Positions 1-12,844 of a stretch of DNA of 64,000 nucleotides are shown here, piece after piece. The notes below the pieces were generated by a model. The model did not search any database. It was given only the letters and a program-made list of their open reading frames with translations, and had not been told where the DNA came from. This DNA comes from Chiloscyllium plagiosum (Eukaryota). The position numbers and the translations under genes are program-made. How positions within the stretch are numbered: position 1 is the first letter of the stretch; every line of letters starts with the position of its first letter. Location of the stretch: NCBI RefSeq assembly GCF_004010195.1, contig NC_057728.1:30939178-31003177 (forward strand), read 5' to 3'.

Positions 1-685
1 AGCACCTGTGATATGAAGAGATGGCAGTCCCAGAGTGCACTGGAAAATTGAAAATATGTAACATTTGGCTGTGAAACGGATAACTGAGTTGGTTGCTGTT
101 TTGACAGCATTTTGAATTTAGCCAATCAGTTTAAATTATGCCCCAGGATACTAAAACACAATCGCGTTTGAATTTGTTGTTTTGCCCACATTGAACCAAT
201 AAGACAGTCTGATGTTGGGAATTTAAAAATGCAGGCATTTTGAAAATTGGAGATAGAGCAACTGCTGTCAACACAGAGCCAAGAAATTAGGAAACACTAG
301 GAAAAGGGTACCTTTTCGCATGAAACCTATTCACAGTAAAAAGAAAGAAGATGATCCAGGGAGATCTTCAGCTGGAAGAAGACACACACTGAAGACAACA
401 GCGGCGGTATGGTTTTGAAATTAAGTTGATGTAATTTTAATAAGTGTCTTATTGGAACAGCATATTGTTATAGAGTTGGAGTTAAGAGAAAGGGGAACTG
501 AGAGTTGTGAATAGTTGTTGTTTAATGTTCACTTATAGAGTTAAAGAATAAATTGATATTATTGTCTTTAAATAGTGGAATTTGGGAGTTCTCTGTCACT
601 CATATTTTAACAGATTACAAGATGAGGTGAGCTTTTCTGGATGTTTGGTTTAATTAACAGAGGGGTTCACTGCTATGTCATAACA
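1..685 (+). mobile_element. Probable 3' part of an LTR (truncated by the window edge)
   Basis: CCAAT motifs near 122 and 196, AATAAA at 548-553, ends in ...GTCATAACA (685), a typical LTR TG...CA 3' terminus. The 5' end and TSD are not visible. Confidence 0.45.
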
Positions 686-3045
686 ATAGAAACCCAAAAA
701 GTATTGTTCCGGTATCTATTCTAGTCATAGTCCATGACACATTTCTGTACCCTACAGTTTGGTGTGCCACTGTCTTTCTTCCCTCTAATTTTCCAACCTG
801 GCTTGTTCTGACATTTCACCGTCTATTGTTGCTGATATTCGACTCTAACCCCATCTTTTCCATTGGTTGTATTTTCTAAATTTCTGCTTCTGCGAAATGC
901 ACATGCGATGCTGTTGAGGATATCCGTGGATAAGTATTTTACTGACTTGATCTGATTTATTTCATGTACCAATACTGTGCTACAATGACAGCATTTGTCT
1001 GCTAGTGTTAATAATAATTATTATTATAAAAGTGATTGAAATAAATCAAAATCCTTAAAGTGAAATATTACACATGTTGAGAGAAATAGTATATTCTACT
1101 AAACAAAGTTTATTATTGACTTGTACAAAATCACAACACACAAGGTGGGATGTTTAAAAGCACAGTAACAGATTTAGAGAGACATTATTGGATTTTAATC
1201 TCCTAATCCTTGGAAGGCCAGGAGGTAATGTAATGCTTTGTTGATTGTCTTCTAAGGAACTAACAGCTTGTTTCTCCTAAATTATTCAAGATTCTGCTTG
1301 ATTTACCTTTCTGCACCTTAGCAGCTTAAAGGGTTTTGGTTAAGGATTTTGTACATTTGTATTGATATAGTTTGGAGCATTTTAGTTTGGTTCACTCCTA
1401 CAAAATGTACTAATGGACAGCAACAACTTAACAAATAGTGAGATTTTTTTTAAATTCCAGAAGAAATTCAACCAGTTGTCTGCAAATTTCATTTTTTTTT
1501 CTTTCGGCAATAGAAATACTAAGCTCCTTGTTAGGGGTTTCCTAATCTTCGTTCTTACTGTAAAACCTGTAGGAATTTGGAATGTTCCCTGAAGCTAACA
1601 TGCATCCAATTTTAGGTTTTAGATTTCTTTTTGAGCAGCACAGAAAATACTTTCTTAAGTCAGTAATGTGGCCTGCTATCAAATTATATTTCATAGCTTT
1701 ATAACCTCAGCATGTTGACGTTTTTACAAATTTGATAAATGAAGTGAAAAAACACATCATGGATATAGCCAGAGAAATGTATTTATCAATGTGTAATTTT
1801 GAAAAGGTGTGAGACATTGTGCTGAAGTAAAATTCACTTGAATAATTAGATGCAGTGAATATTTTTGGTAGAGTTGGTGGAAGGTCTCACTTTAACTTTC
1901 TATTTAACATCTTTATTTGTGAGAGAGAACACCTCTTAAGAAGCTAACTAAATTCAAAGGACAGCTCTACCTGAATTAAGTCTACAGATTGTCACACACT
2001 ACTGGGACAGCGGCTCAGAAATCAAGCCGCACTATTCCCAGAATCATTATCGAAGTTAAAGATGAAAGTACACAAAATTCCACAATCGTCTTATTTATTT
2101 AGACTCAGGCTAACAGAAAGCACAGATTAGGTGAATACTTAACATGATTTAATATATATTACAAATATTTTGATTGTATCTACAGTTAAATAATTATGAC
2201 CGGTCAACATATAACTTTTCTAGTTAAAACTCTAACTCTCCTCTACACACATACATACAAACCAAATGAGAATAGTGTCATGTGTTGAGTGAAAAACTGG
2301 GATGGCAGATCAATGGTCCCTGTCCCAAGGGTTCACTGAGGTGATAGCTTTGGTTTTCCAGCACTAGCTGATTCTTGATATTTCTCCAGGTACTTTTGCT
2401 TGTAGGAGGCACAGAGTGACTGATTGACAGTTTATAAATCACTTGGTTAAATGCCACAGCTACAGCAACTGGTGAAGAAAAATATGCTGGCTTTCTTCGG
2501 AATGTATTTGTTTATCACTGCAGAGAAAAGACAGCAACAGTCTTTCCGGAGGTCTGAAGGCTTCTTGCTATCTTGGAAGCAATATTGTAGTTGTTGGCAG
2601 GCAGAAGACCTTTGCCATTAACAAATGATCACCATTCCACAGACCAATCAGTTACTTGTTCGCAACCACATCTCCCTTCATACATACCCACAATTCCAGT
2701 TCATTTCCAACTAGACTTTCCCACTACTTGGATGAACAGCACTTAACAATGATTGCTGGTAGCTTGCTTTTAACAGTGTAGCAATCCCTTTCAAGAGCAT
2801 TTTTTAAAATGTTATTTTCCCATTTTTGCCCACAATCAAAATGCAGAAAAATTAAGAGGGTACAGCCTTTCCAAGCTGCACGATCATATCACTTAGTCAG
2901 ATAACGTAAAGAATTTCTTCATTCTAATTGTCACATCGGTTCCGTATTTTTGATTTTGTAAAGTTGATGTTGTGCAGGTAGGGTGTAGGTGGATGTGTGA
3001 AAGTACTGGCAGAGAAAATTCTACTTGAATAAAAATATCTTAAAT

Positions 3046-3440
3046 TGATTTGAATTAGCTTTAATGTCACATGTACTCAGATGAGTACAATGAAAAGTTT
3101 ACAAGTTGCTGCTTATGCCACCATCTTAGGTACAAGGTACCTAGGTACAGATCTTTCAGTACAAGTTCTTTGTGGAATAAATTAGAAAGTAAACAAAATA
3201 AAAAGTTCAGAACAATAATCCTTCCAACCCAGTCCATGTTGGTACCTAGCCCTCGGTCTGCACCAGGCCTTGACTCTAGACATTGGCAGGCTTCACCTAT
3301 AGGTTCTTGCGGCCAGGAGATTGCTCTGGAACCACCTCTGGAAGTCTTTGCTGAAGCCACTCTGGGTCGAAAGACCAACATTGGCTGCTGAAAGGCCACC
3401 ATGCCAGGCTAAAAGATGACCAAGCCCAGCCAAACGACCG
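3046..3440 (-). mobile_element. 3' tail fragment of a non-LTR retroelement
   Basis: The minus strand ends GTACATGTGACATTAAAGCTAATTCAAATCAA (polyA-like signal plus short-repeat tail), typical of fish/shark non-LTR 3' ends. The overlapping ORFs 3067-3402 look spurious. Confidence 0.45.
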
Positions 3441-4164
3441 GACGTTAACCAGTTGTTTGCAACATACCTTGTTTCACCAAATATTCACATTAATGGCAAT
3501 GGTGCAAATCAAAGCAAACTACAATCATAAATAAAATTTGGAGTTGTGCTATCATTTTTGAGATGTTTACCTATTCCCCTGGACTTAATATCCATTTGCT
3601 CAAATGTATATGCTATACGTTTTTGTTTTAGTGGTGAGTAGTTGATTAATTGAAGTGTACACTCCACGTGCACAGGAACACAGAGGTCCATCTGGTACAA
3701 CATTTTCAGATTGCTGTACAGTCATGAAGCAAAGAGGTAAAATTGTTTATAGGGTTATTGGCAGTTTTGTAACTATACTTATCTAATATAATCAAGATTG
3801 GAATTGATAGTTTTTTTCGCTCTTGGAATCAATAGATATGTAGAATGGGCAGGAAATTGAGAAAATCAGCCATAGTCTTATTATGTGCTAGGCTTGAGGA
3901 GTCATATAGTCTCTTCTGCTGCTCCTCATGTTTTTAATTTCTTTTTCTTATATTTACAGCAAGAATAACAATCAGGCATGTGTCCTAACGTGGATCATCT
4001 GCAACAGAAAGGTAATAATATTTAATTATCCTTTAACTTGTAACAGTTGCCATATTTTGCTGCAAAACTAATTGTGAGACTAACAGCATAACTGTAACTT
4101 CTAGTGAACATATATATTGTTAAATGGAAAATCCAGAAATTTTCATCAAAGATAATTTGGGGGA

Positions 4165-4410
4165 ATTCTTTCATGGGGTGTAGCCACTGCTGACAAGGAC
4201 AGAATTTGTTGTCCATTCCCAATTGTTATTGAACTGAAGTGGTCGTTAGTTCATTTCAGAGGACAGTTAAGAATCAACCACATTGGTGTGGGTCAGGAAT
4301 CCCATATAGGCCAAACCAAAGAAGAATTCAAGTTTCATCAGCTGTCATAGGAGGATTTGAACCCATGACCCTAGAGCATCCAGTGACCTAATTATGCCAC
4401 CATTTCCCTA
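4165..4410 (-). mobile_element. Degenerate tRNA-derived SINE (same family as 49828-50176)
   Basis: The reverse complement matches the copy at 49828 (CAGTTAAGAATCAACCACATTG, GGATTTGAACCC B-box remnant). Confidence 0.65.
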
Positions 4411-4699
4411 TTTTGCAGAGAAGAAAACAAAATACACAATAAATGATAGAATGCTGAGAAGTGTGTCAGAAAAGGGGACCTTGAAATGCACTGATCCTTA
4501 AAGCTAGCAGAATATTTCAATAAGGTGGTTAAGAAGTGTTGCAATCTCCACAGATTGTAATTTAAAAAGATACTTAAATTTCTGGTAACTTACTCAAAGG
4601 ATCACATGACAAGGTTTCATATTTTAAGATTTATTGTGACAAACAAACAAAAATCAGCATGGACTAAATATTATTTAGTAGGCAATTGATATACAAAAA

Positions 4700-5576
4700 A
4701 TGGACAGTGAAGAAGGTTACTCAAAGTACAGTGGGATCTTGAGCAGATGGGCCAATGGGCTGAGGAGTGGCAGATGGAGTTTAGTTTAGATAAATGCGAG
4801 GTGCTGCATTTTGGAAAAGCAAATCAGAACAGGACTTACACACATAATGGTAAGTTCCTGGGGAGTGTTGCTGAACAAAGAGACCCTGGAGTGCAGGTTC
4901 ATAGTTCCTTGAAAGTAGAATCGCAGGTAGATAGGATAGTGAAGAAGATGTTTGGTATGCTTTCCTTTATTGGTCAGAACATTGAGTGCAGGAGTTGGGA
5001 GGTCATATTGCAGCTGTACAAGACATTGGTTAGACCACTTTTGGAATATTCCGTGCAAATTCTCATTCCTATCAGAAGGATGTTGTGAAACTTGAAAGGG
5101 CTCAGAAAAGATTTACAAGGATGTTGCCAGGGTTGGAGGATTTGAGCTATAGGGAGAGGGACTGAATAGGCTGCGGCTGTTTTCCCTGGAATATCGGAGG
5201 CTGAGGGATTAGCTCATAGTGGTTTATAAAATCATGAGGCATGGATAGGATAAATAGACAAGGGCTTTTCCCTGAGATGGGGGAGTCCAGAACTAGAGGA
5301 CATAAATTTATGGGAAGAGGGAAAGATATAAAAGGGACTCAAGGAGCAATTTTTTCACGCAGAGGGTAGTGCCTATATGGAATGAGCTAGCAGAGGAAGT
5401 GATGGGAAGCTGGTACAATTACAGCATTTAAAAAGCATCTGCATGGGTATATGAATAGGAAGGGTATAGAGGAATATGGGCCAAGTACTAGCAAATGGGA
5501 TTAGGTTAGGTTAGGATATCTGGTTGGCATGGATGAGTTGGACCGAAGGGTCCATTTCCATGCTGTACAACTCTAC
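4700..5576 (+). mobile_element. CR1/HER1 LINE, 5'-truncated 3' fragment
   Basis: ORF 4747-5088 has WAEEWQMEF..KCEVLHFG..RDPGV..LYKTLVRPLLEY (CR1 RT C-terminus), followed by a CR1 3' UTR with GGACCGAAGGG...CTGTAC. Confidence 0.92.
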
Positions 5577-5639
5577 TCAAATGCCCAAAGAATTCACGTA
5601 AGATGGATAAACAAATCACACAAATATATCTAATTGTCA

Positions 5640-5880
5640 TTATAAAGAGGTTACAAGCTGACCAAGGATGGGAAATATATATTCCATATTATACATCATT
5701 TTGAAAATACAGACAGAATGGAAGAGTGGGAGGAATAACCTTGATAGTAAATGATGACATGCGGACAGTAGTTAGAAAGGATCTTAGTTCAGATGTTTGG
5801 GAAATACAATCTATATGTGTGGAGATTATAAATAATAAGGGTCAGAGAATACTGTGGATGTAGTTACAGCACCCTTTTAA
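5640..5880 (+). mobile_element. Old CR1 endonuclease-domain fragment
   Basis: Degenerate match to the W..N...RKDR..GGG..L.V...SIWVE..N.KG segment seen intact at 9250-9470. Confidence 0.5.
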
Positions 5881-8247
5881 GTAATGTAGTAATCAAGAAT
5901 TTGACTCTTCAGTTGTTCTTTCACAGCTGTTTTGAACTGGACAAGTTCATTGGTATTGAATTTTGTTCAAACTGAACTTTAGTGTTATGCATTTTATTTT
6001 TAATATGATATAACCTAACCAACAATAAAAATATCAAATAAATTTGAGTTAAGCTTTTTATCAACAAATAATATCAAGAGAGCATTTGCCATTTGCTCAG
6101 TTTTTCAAATGTTATTTTGTACTGTGTGGTGAAGTGCTATTATATGAAGGTTATGAATAGAGAGGCTGCATTCCATTTCTGCATGTGCTCCAGCTATTTT
6201 GTCATCAAATGTTATTTAACCATCAATCTCAGGCTATCTTTTGTCCATTAAGACTGGCATTCAATAATCCAATGGTAAAGTGTATGCCACGTATTATCAT
6301 AAATTTACAAAAGCAAAGTTAAACTTTAACTTAATTTTCTACTATTTGTATATTTTTGAAAGACGTTTATACAATATAAATATGCAACCTTCTGTATTAA
6401 CTTAGAAATCAATAACTTAGAAATCAACAACAAGTTACCTATTGGCTCTTGTATTAGAACATGCAAGTTATTTTCTCTGTACCGTCAGTTGTCATTATCA
6501 GTGACTTTACAAAGTATCTTGGAAATGTTGTTCAGGCTTTGGCTAAATTGGTAACATACCATTTAAGATTCAAGATGGAGGACGGGAAAAATTTCTGGCT
6601 GTAACAGGCTGCTCCTTTTTTGAGGTATTTTAGGTGCTGGAGGTGATTCCCTCGAGCAGCAATTACTGTTTTGCATGCTGTTGCATTGTTTTGGAATGTT
6701 GGAGAGAAAAAAAGTCAAAACAATGGCACTTTTAAAAGGGAGAGGGACAAACAAAGACAGCATATGGTGAGGTCAGTGCAGGAGAGAAAGAGAAAGAAAC
6801 CCACACTGCTAACTGACTCAACAGTGAACTTGCGCAGTTACTGCCTTTGCTGTTGAATTCATGTATCGCTGGACATCAGAGTGCATCTGGGAAAATTAAC
6901 AAACAGTGAAATTCACAACTGATCTTGGAAGAACCTGTTTGGGAGAGGTCACAGCATAGAGACAGATAAATGAATAATTTTAAGTGTAGCCTTGGGGCCT
7001 CGCTGTAAGTCTGCAGTCGTGAACAGAGTGGGCTCTTTCTTGATTATATGTTTTATTGTGATATGTCTCTTGATTAAACTTAAAAATATAAGCTATAAGT
7101 ATTAAGTTAGCCTGGAGCAGTGTTTTGTAGAGGAATAAGATGGTTCTATTTTCTGGGACTGTAGATTGGAAGAAGCAAAAATGGCCCTTAGTAGAGTGAT
7201 ATGTTCTTCTTGGCGGATCAGAGTTCAGGGAGAGTTTACATGTTACTGAGGATTATATCTACAATAAATGCCATTGGTTGTGAATCCTATCAGGTCAAAT
7301 GTAACAGTTGGAGTGACAGTTAGAGGCAATCAGGAATTTACAAGAGCAAGGGGATGTGATGGATGGCAGTTATAGGAAGGGAGAAAAGTTGCAGATACAG
7401 TCACATAGCTGGGTTAACTCCAGGAAATGTAAAAGAGGCAGGCAGGTAGTGCAGGAGTCTTCTGTGGCTATCTTCATTTCAAACAGGTATGCTGTTTTGG
7501 AAAATGAAGGGGGGTAATGGATTCTCACAGGAACATAGCACAAACGGCCAAGGTTCTGGTATTGAGACTGGCTCTAATGCAATGAGGGTACATCAGGTTC
7601 CAAGAATTGATTGTGTTAGGGGACTCTCTAGTTCGATGTCCAAACAGACATTTCTGTAGCCAGCAACGAAAAATCAGAATGATGAATTGCTAGCCTGGTG
7701 TCAAGATCAAGGATGTCTCAGAGTGGGTGCAGAATGTTCTAAAGGGAGAGAGGGGCCAGCAGGAGGTCATTGTACATATTGGAACCAATGACATAGGAAG
7801 GGAAAAGCTTGAGATTCTGAAGGGAGATTACAGAGAATTAGGCAGGAATTTAAAAAGAAGGTCCTCGAGAGTAGTAATATGTGAATTATTCCCTATAAAT
7901 AGGAGGAGAGAGCAGATGAATGCATGGCTGAGGAGCTGGTGTATGGGAGAAGGATTCACATTTTTGGATCATAGGAAGCTCTTTTGGGGTAGAAGTGACC
8001 TGTACAAGAAGGATGGATTGCACCTGAATTGGAAGGGTCTAATATACTGGCAGGGAAATTTACTGGAGCTGTTCGGGAGGATTTAAACTAGTGAGGTGGA
8101 CGGGGGTGTTCTCAAGGAGATAGTGAGGAAAGAGATCAATCTGAAACTGGTACAGTTGAGAAAAGAAGCAAGTCAAATAGTCAGGGCAGGCAGGGACAAA
8201 GCAGAGAACAAGGTAGGATTGATAAATTAAACTGCATTTATTTCAAA

Positions 8248-8590
8248 GTTTGTGAAAAGATTTGTAGCTCGGGTGCTCGCCAAAAACAGATACCCGCGCA
8301 ATTTCATCAACAGATGCCTAAGGGAAAGACAATGGAATGAGGACATGCCACAACCCAAAGGACTAGCACACTACCATACATCAAGAGCATTTCCGAACTG
8401 ACAGCCAGACTACTGCGACCACTAGGACTCATAACAGCACACAAACCAACAGCCACTCTCAGACAACAACTCACCAGAACGAAGGACCCGATTACCCAGC
8501 ATGAGCAAAACCAATGTAGTGTACAAAATCATATGCAAGGACTACACAAAACACTACATAGGACAAACAGGAAGACAGCTAACGATCCAA
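8248..8590 (+). mobile_element. Penelope-like element fragment (RT thumb/linker + GIY-YIG endonuclease) inserted in CR1 ORF2
   Basis: Translates to KN.YPRNFINRCL...LPYIKSISELTARLLRPLG...NVVYKI.CKD..KHYIGQTGR (GIY-YIG motif) and runs into the gap. Confidence 0.88.
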
Positions 8591-9053
8591 ANNNNNNNNN
8601 NNNNNNNNNNNNNNNNNNNNNNNNNNNNNNNNNNNNNNNNNNNNNNNNNNNNNNNNNNNNNNNNNNNNNNNNNNNNNNNNNNNNNNNNNNNNNNNNNNNN
8701 NNNNNNNNNNNNNNNNNNNNNNNNNNNNNNNNNNNNNNNNNNNNNNNNNNNNNNNNNNNNNNNNNNNNNNNNNNNNNNNNNNNNNNNNNNNNNNNNNNNN
8801 NNNNNNNNNNNNNNNNNNNNNNNNNNNNNNNNNNNNNNNNNNNNNNNNNNNNNNNNNNNNNNNNNNNNNNNNNNNNNNNNNNNNNNNNNNNNNNNNNNNN
8901 NNNNNNNNNNNNNNNNNNNNNNNNNNNNNNNNNNNNNNNNNNNNNNNNNNNNNNNNNNNNNNNNNNNNNNNNNNNNNNNNNNNNNNNNNNNNNNNNNNNN
9001 NNNNNNNNNNNNNNNNNNNNNNNNNNNNNNNNNNNNNNNNNNNNNNNNNNNNN
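8591..9053. other. Assembly gap (run of N)
   Basis: 463 consecutive n characters. Confidence 1.
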
Positions 9054-9226
9054 ACCTGCACATTTTTTTTGGACTGTGGGAGGAAACCGGAGCACCCGGA
9101 GGAAACCCACGCAGACACGGGGAGAATGTGCAAACTCCACACAGTCAGTCGCCTGAGGCGGGAATTGAACCTGGGTCTCAGGCGCTGTGAGGCAGCAGTG
9201 CTAACCACTGTGCAACCGTGCCGCCC
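9054..9226 (-). mobile_element. HE1-type tRNA-derived V-SINE (5' half)
   Basis: Reverse complement GGGCGGCACGGTTGCACAGTGGTTAGCACTGCTGCCTCACAGCGCC...GGTTCAATTCC (A/B boxes) plus the V-domain GTGTCTGCGTGGGTTTCCTCCGGGTGCTCCGG. Confidence 0.92.
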
Positions 9227-10376
9227 ACTAATCATAACAAATACAGAAACATGGCTCAGGGATGGACCGGACTGGCAGCTTAATGTTCCAAGATACAAAT
9301 GCTACAGGAAGGACAGAAAGGGAAGCAAGAGAGGAGGGGGAGCGGCTTTTTTTATAAGGGATAGCATTACAGCTGTACCAAGGGAGGATATTCCTGGAAA
9401 TACATCCAGGGAAGTTATTTGGGTAGAACTGAGAAATAAGAAAGGGATTATCACCTCATTGGGATTGTATTATAGACCTCTAAATAGTCAGAGGGAAATT
9501 GAGAAACAAATTTGTAAGGAGATCTCAGTTACCTGTAAGAATAATATGGTGGTTATGGTAGGGGATTTTAACTTTCCAAACATAGACTGGGACTGCCATA
9601 GTGTTAAGGATTTAGATGGAGAGGAATTTGTTCAGTGTGTAAAAGAACATTTTCTGATTCAGTATGTAGATGTACCTAGTACAGAAGGTGCAAACTTGAC
9701 CTTCTCTTGGTGATTGAGGTGTCAGTGGGTGAGCACTTTGGGGCCAGCAACCTTAATTCTATTAGTTTTAAAATAATGATGGAAAAAGACAGACCAGATC
9801 TAAAAGTTGAAGTTCTAAATTGGAGAAAGGCTAATTTTGACGGTATTAGGCAAGAACTTTCAAAAGCTGATTGGGGGCAGATGTTCGCAGATAAAGGGAC
9901 GGTTGGAAAATGGGAAGCCTTCAGAAATGAGATAACAAGAGTCCAGAGACAGTATATTCCTGTTAGGGTGAAAGGTAAGGCTGGTAGGTATAGGGAATGC
10001 TGGATGACTAAAGAAATTAAAGGTTTAGTTTAGAAACAGAAGGAAGCATATTCAGATATAGACAGGATAGATCAACTGAATCCTTAGAAGAGTATAAGGC
10101 AGTAGGAGTATACTTTAGAGAGAACTCAAGAGGGCAAAAAGGGGACATGAGATAGCTTTGGCAAGTAGAGTTAAGGAGATTCCAAAGGGTTTTTACAAAT
10201 ACATTAAGGACAAAAGGGTAACTAGGGAGAGAATAGGGCCCCTCAAAGATCAGCAAAGATCAGATGGCCTTTGAATAGAGCCACAGGAGATGGGGGAGAT
10301 ACTAAACAAGTATTTTGCATCAGTATTTACTGTGGAAAAGGACATGGAAGATATAGAATGTAGGGAAATAGATGGT

Positions 10377-10599
10377 GACATCTTGAAAAATGTCCAGATT
10401 ACAGAGGAAGTGCTGGATTTCATGAACCGCATAAAAGTGGATAAATCCTCAGGCCCTGATCAGGTGTGCCCTCGAACTCTGTGGGAGACATCTTGAAAAA
10501 TGTCCAGATTACAGAGGAGGAAGTGCTGGATTTCATGAACCGCATAAAAGTGGATAAATCCTCAGGCCCTGATCAGGTGTGCCCTCGAACTCTGTGGGA
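10377..10599 (+). repeat. Tandem duplication of 110/113 bp inside CR1 ORF2
   Basis: 10377-10486 and 10487-10599 are identical except for an extra GAG in the second copy. Confidence 0.95.
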
Positions 10600-12844
10600 A
10601 GCTAGGGAAGTAATTGCTGGGCCTCTTACTGAAATGTTTGTATCATCGATAGTCACAGGTGAGGTGCCAGAAGACTGGAGGGTGGCTATTATGGTGCCAC
10701 TATTTAAGAAAGGTGGGTAAGAACAAGCCAGGGAACTATGGACCAGTGAGCCTGACATCGGTGGTGGGCTAGTTGTTTGGAGGGCATATACATGTATTTG
10801 GAAAGGTAACGACTGATTAGGGATAGTCAACATGGCTTTGTGCATGGGAAATCATGTCTCAGAAACATGACTAAGTTTTCTGAGGAAGTAACAAAGAGGA
10901 TTGATGAGGGAAGAGTGGTAGATGTGATCGATATGGACTTCAGTAAGGCGTTTGACATGTTTCCCCATGGGAGACTGATTAGCAAGGTTAGAGCTCATGG
11001 AATACAGGGAGAACTAGCCATTTGGATACAGAACTGGCTCAAAGGTAGAAGACAGAGGGTGGTGGTGGAGGGTTGTTTTTCAGATTGGTGACTTCTGACT
11101 AGTGGAGTGCCACAGTAATTGGTGCTGATTCCACTACTTTTAGTCATTTATATAAATGATTTGGATGTGAGCTTAAGAGGTCAGTTAGTAAGTTTGCAGA
11201 TGACATCAAAATTGGAGGTGTAGTGGACTGCGAAATTTACCTTAGATTATAATCGGATCTTGATTAGATGAGCTAATGTGCTGAGGAGTGGCAGATGGAG
11301 TTTAATTTAGATTAGTGCGAGGTGCTGCATTTTGGGAAAGCAAACCTTAACAGGACTTATACACTTAATGGTAATGTCCTAGGGAGTGTTGCTGAACAAA
11401 GAGACCTTGGAGTGCAGGTTCATAGCTCTTTGAAAGTGGAGTCACAGGTAGATAGGATAGTGAAGAAGGCGTTTGATATGCTTTCCTTTATTGGTCAGAG
11501 TATTGATTCTGGGAGTTGGGAGGTCATATTGCGGCTGTACAGGACATTGGTTAGGCCACTTTTGGAATATTGTGTGCAATTCAGGATTCCCTCCTATCGG
11601 AAAGATGTTGTGAAACTTGAAAGGGTTCAGAAAAGATTTACAAGGATGTTGCCAGGGTTGGAGGATTTGAGCTATAGGAAGAGGTTGAATAGGCTGGGGC
11701 TGTTTTCCCTGGAGTGTCAGAGGCTGTGGGGTGACCTTGTAGAGGTTTATAAAATCATGAGGGGCACGGATAGGATAAATAAACAAAGTCCCTTCCCTGG
11801 AGAGTCCAGAACTAGAGGGCATAGGTTTAGGGTGAGAGGGGAAAAACAGAAAAGAGACCTAAGGGGCAACTTTTTCATGCAAAGGATGGTACATGTATAA
11901 AATGAGCTGCCAGAGGAAGTGGTGGAGGCTAGTAGGATTGCAACATTTGAAAGATATCTGGATGGGTATGTGAATTGGAAGGGATTGGAGGGATATGGGC
12001 CAGGTGCTGGCAGTTGGGAGTAGATTGGGTTGGGATATCTGGTTGGCATGGACAGTTTGGACCGACAGGGTCTGTTTCTGTGCTGTACATCTCTATGACT
12101 CTGTGTACATTAAACCACGCATAAGCAACGTATACACGAACACGGACAGACATTTGTAACATTTTCTACAAAACTCTTACGTTACGTAGAGCATATCAGG
12201 AATACAAAAAAAAACTTCTGGCATTCAATTACAAAGAAAAAGTGAGCAATTTTATTTTCTGAAAAACTGTAATCACAACCTTCATTAAAACCACTCGGCA
12301 AAAGAGAAAAATAGACAAATGAGATTTGTTTAAAAAGCAAAGGTTGGCGCAGTATTAATGTTTCGCCGCTAGTGGCCACTGGTACTTTTAGTAAAGACTA
12401 TGACCGTCTTCGCAACCAAGGGCAGAAAGCTGTCCAACAATGTATTCCTTTTAACTTGTTCCTTAAAGCTGTGATTAGATTCTGGCTACCCGATGTGAGA
12501 TTCATTGTGGATTCAACTTCACAGTATGAGATATAACTGTTTGTACGGATTAATGAAGAAACTACAAGCTAATATTTCTCAGTACCAACCGTTTAAAACC
12601 CTAGATTTATTATAAAAAGAAATCGAGCAGCCGGTGTAGTTCAAATAGAAGAAAGTATTTGCATGATGAGTATAATGTTCATACGGAAGGGTATCAATTC
12701 TCAGTTTAAGTGGTTGAAACGGGTTCCCTCTTTCAGTTTTAGGACAAATTAATGATCATGCTATAAAGTGATCTATTATAATTATTAATTCAAGCCATTT
12801 CGTATAAGCTGACTCTAGCCGTGTGTTCATTGTACATGTGTTTT

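Larger units (their letters stand above)
6568..12103 (+). mobile_element. Near full-length, decayed CR1 LINE (5' UTR, ORF1 with SGNH esterase, ORF2 endonuclease + RT, 3' tail) interrupted by Penelope, the gap and HE1
   Basis: ORF1 esterase motifs VIVHIGTNDIG and DGLHLN (7727-8086); ORF2 start LNCIYF at ~8228; endonuclease TETWL, GLYYRP, GDFNFP; RT DFSKAFD, FADD-like and LVRPLLEYCVQF; tail CTCTATGACTCT at ~12091-12102. Many stops and frameshifts. Confidence 0.92.

Noticed and set aside
1990-2890. Possible reverse-oriented degenerate LTR (TGTCAC start, TTTATT, CCAAT)
   Set aside because: I could not identify a second terminus or a TSD.
3137-3148. 12-bp palindrome GTACCTAGGTAC
   Set aside because: It lies within a retroelement tail and is too short to interpret.
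8501-9298. Long ORFs in the ORF track
   Set aside because: They are artefacts of translating through the N gap; the flanks are Penelope and HE1 sequence.
12364-12382. CTCF-like TGGCCACTAGCGGCG on the minus strand
   Set aside because: The spacing is one base short of the CCACYAGRKGGCR core, so it cannot be supported without a PWM scan or ChIP.
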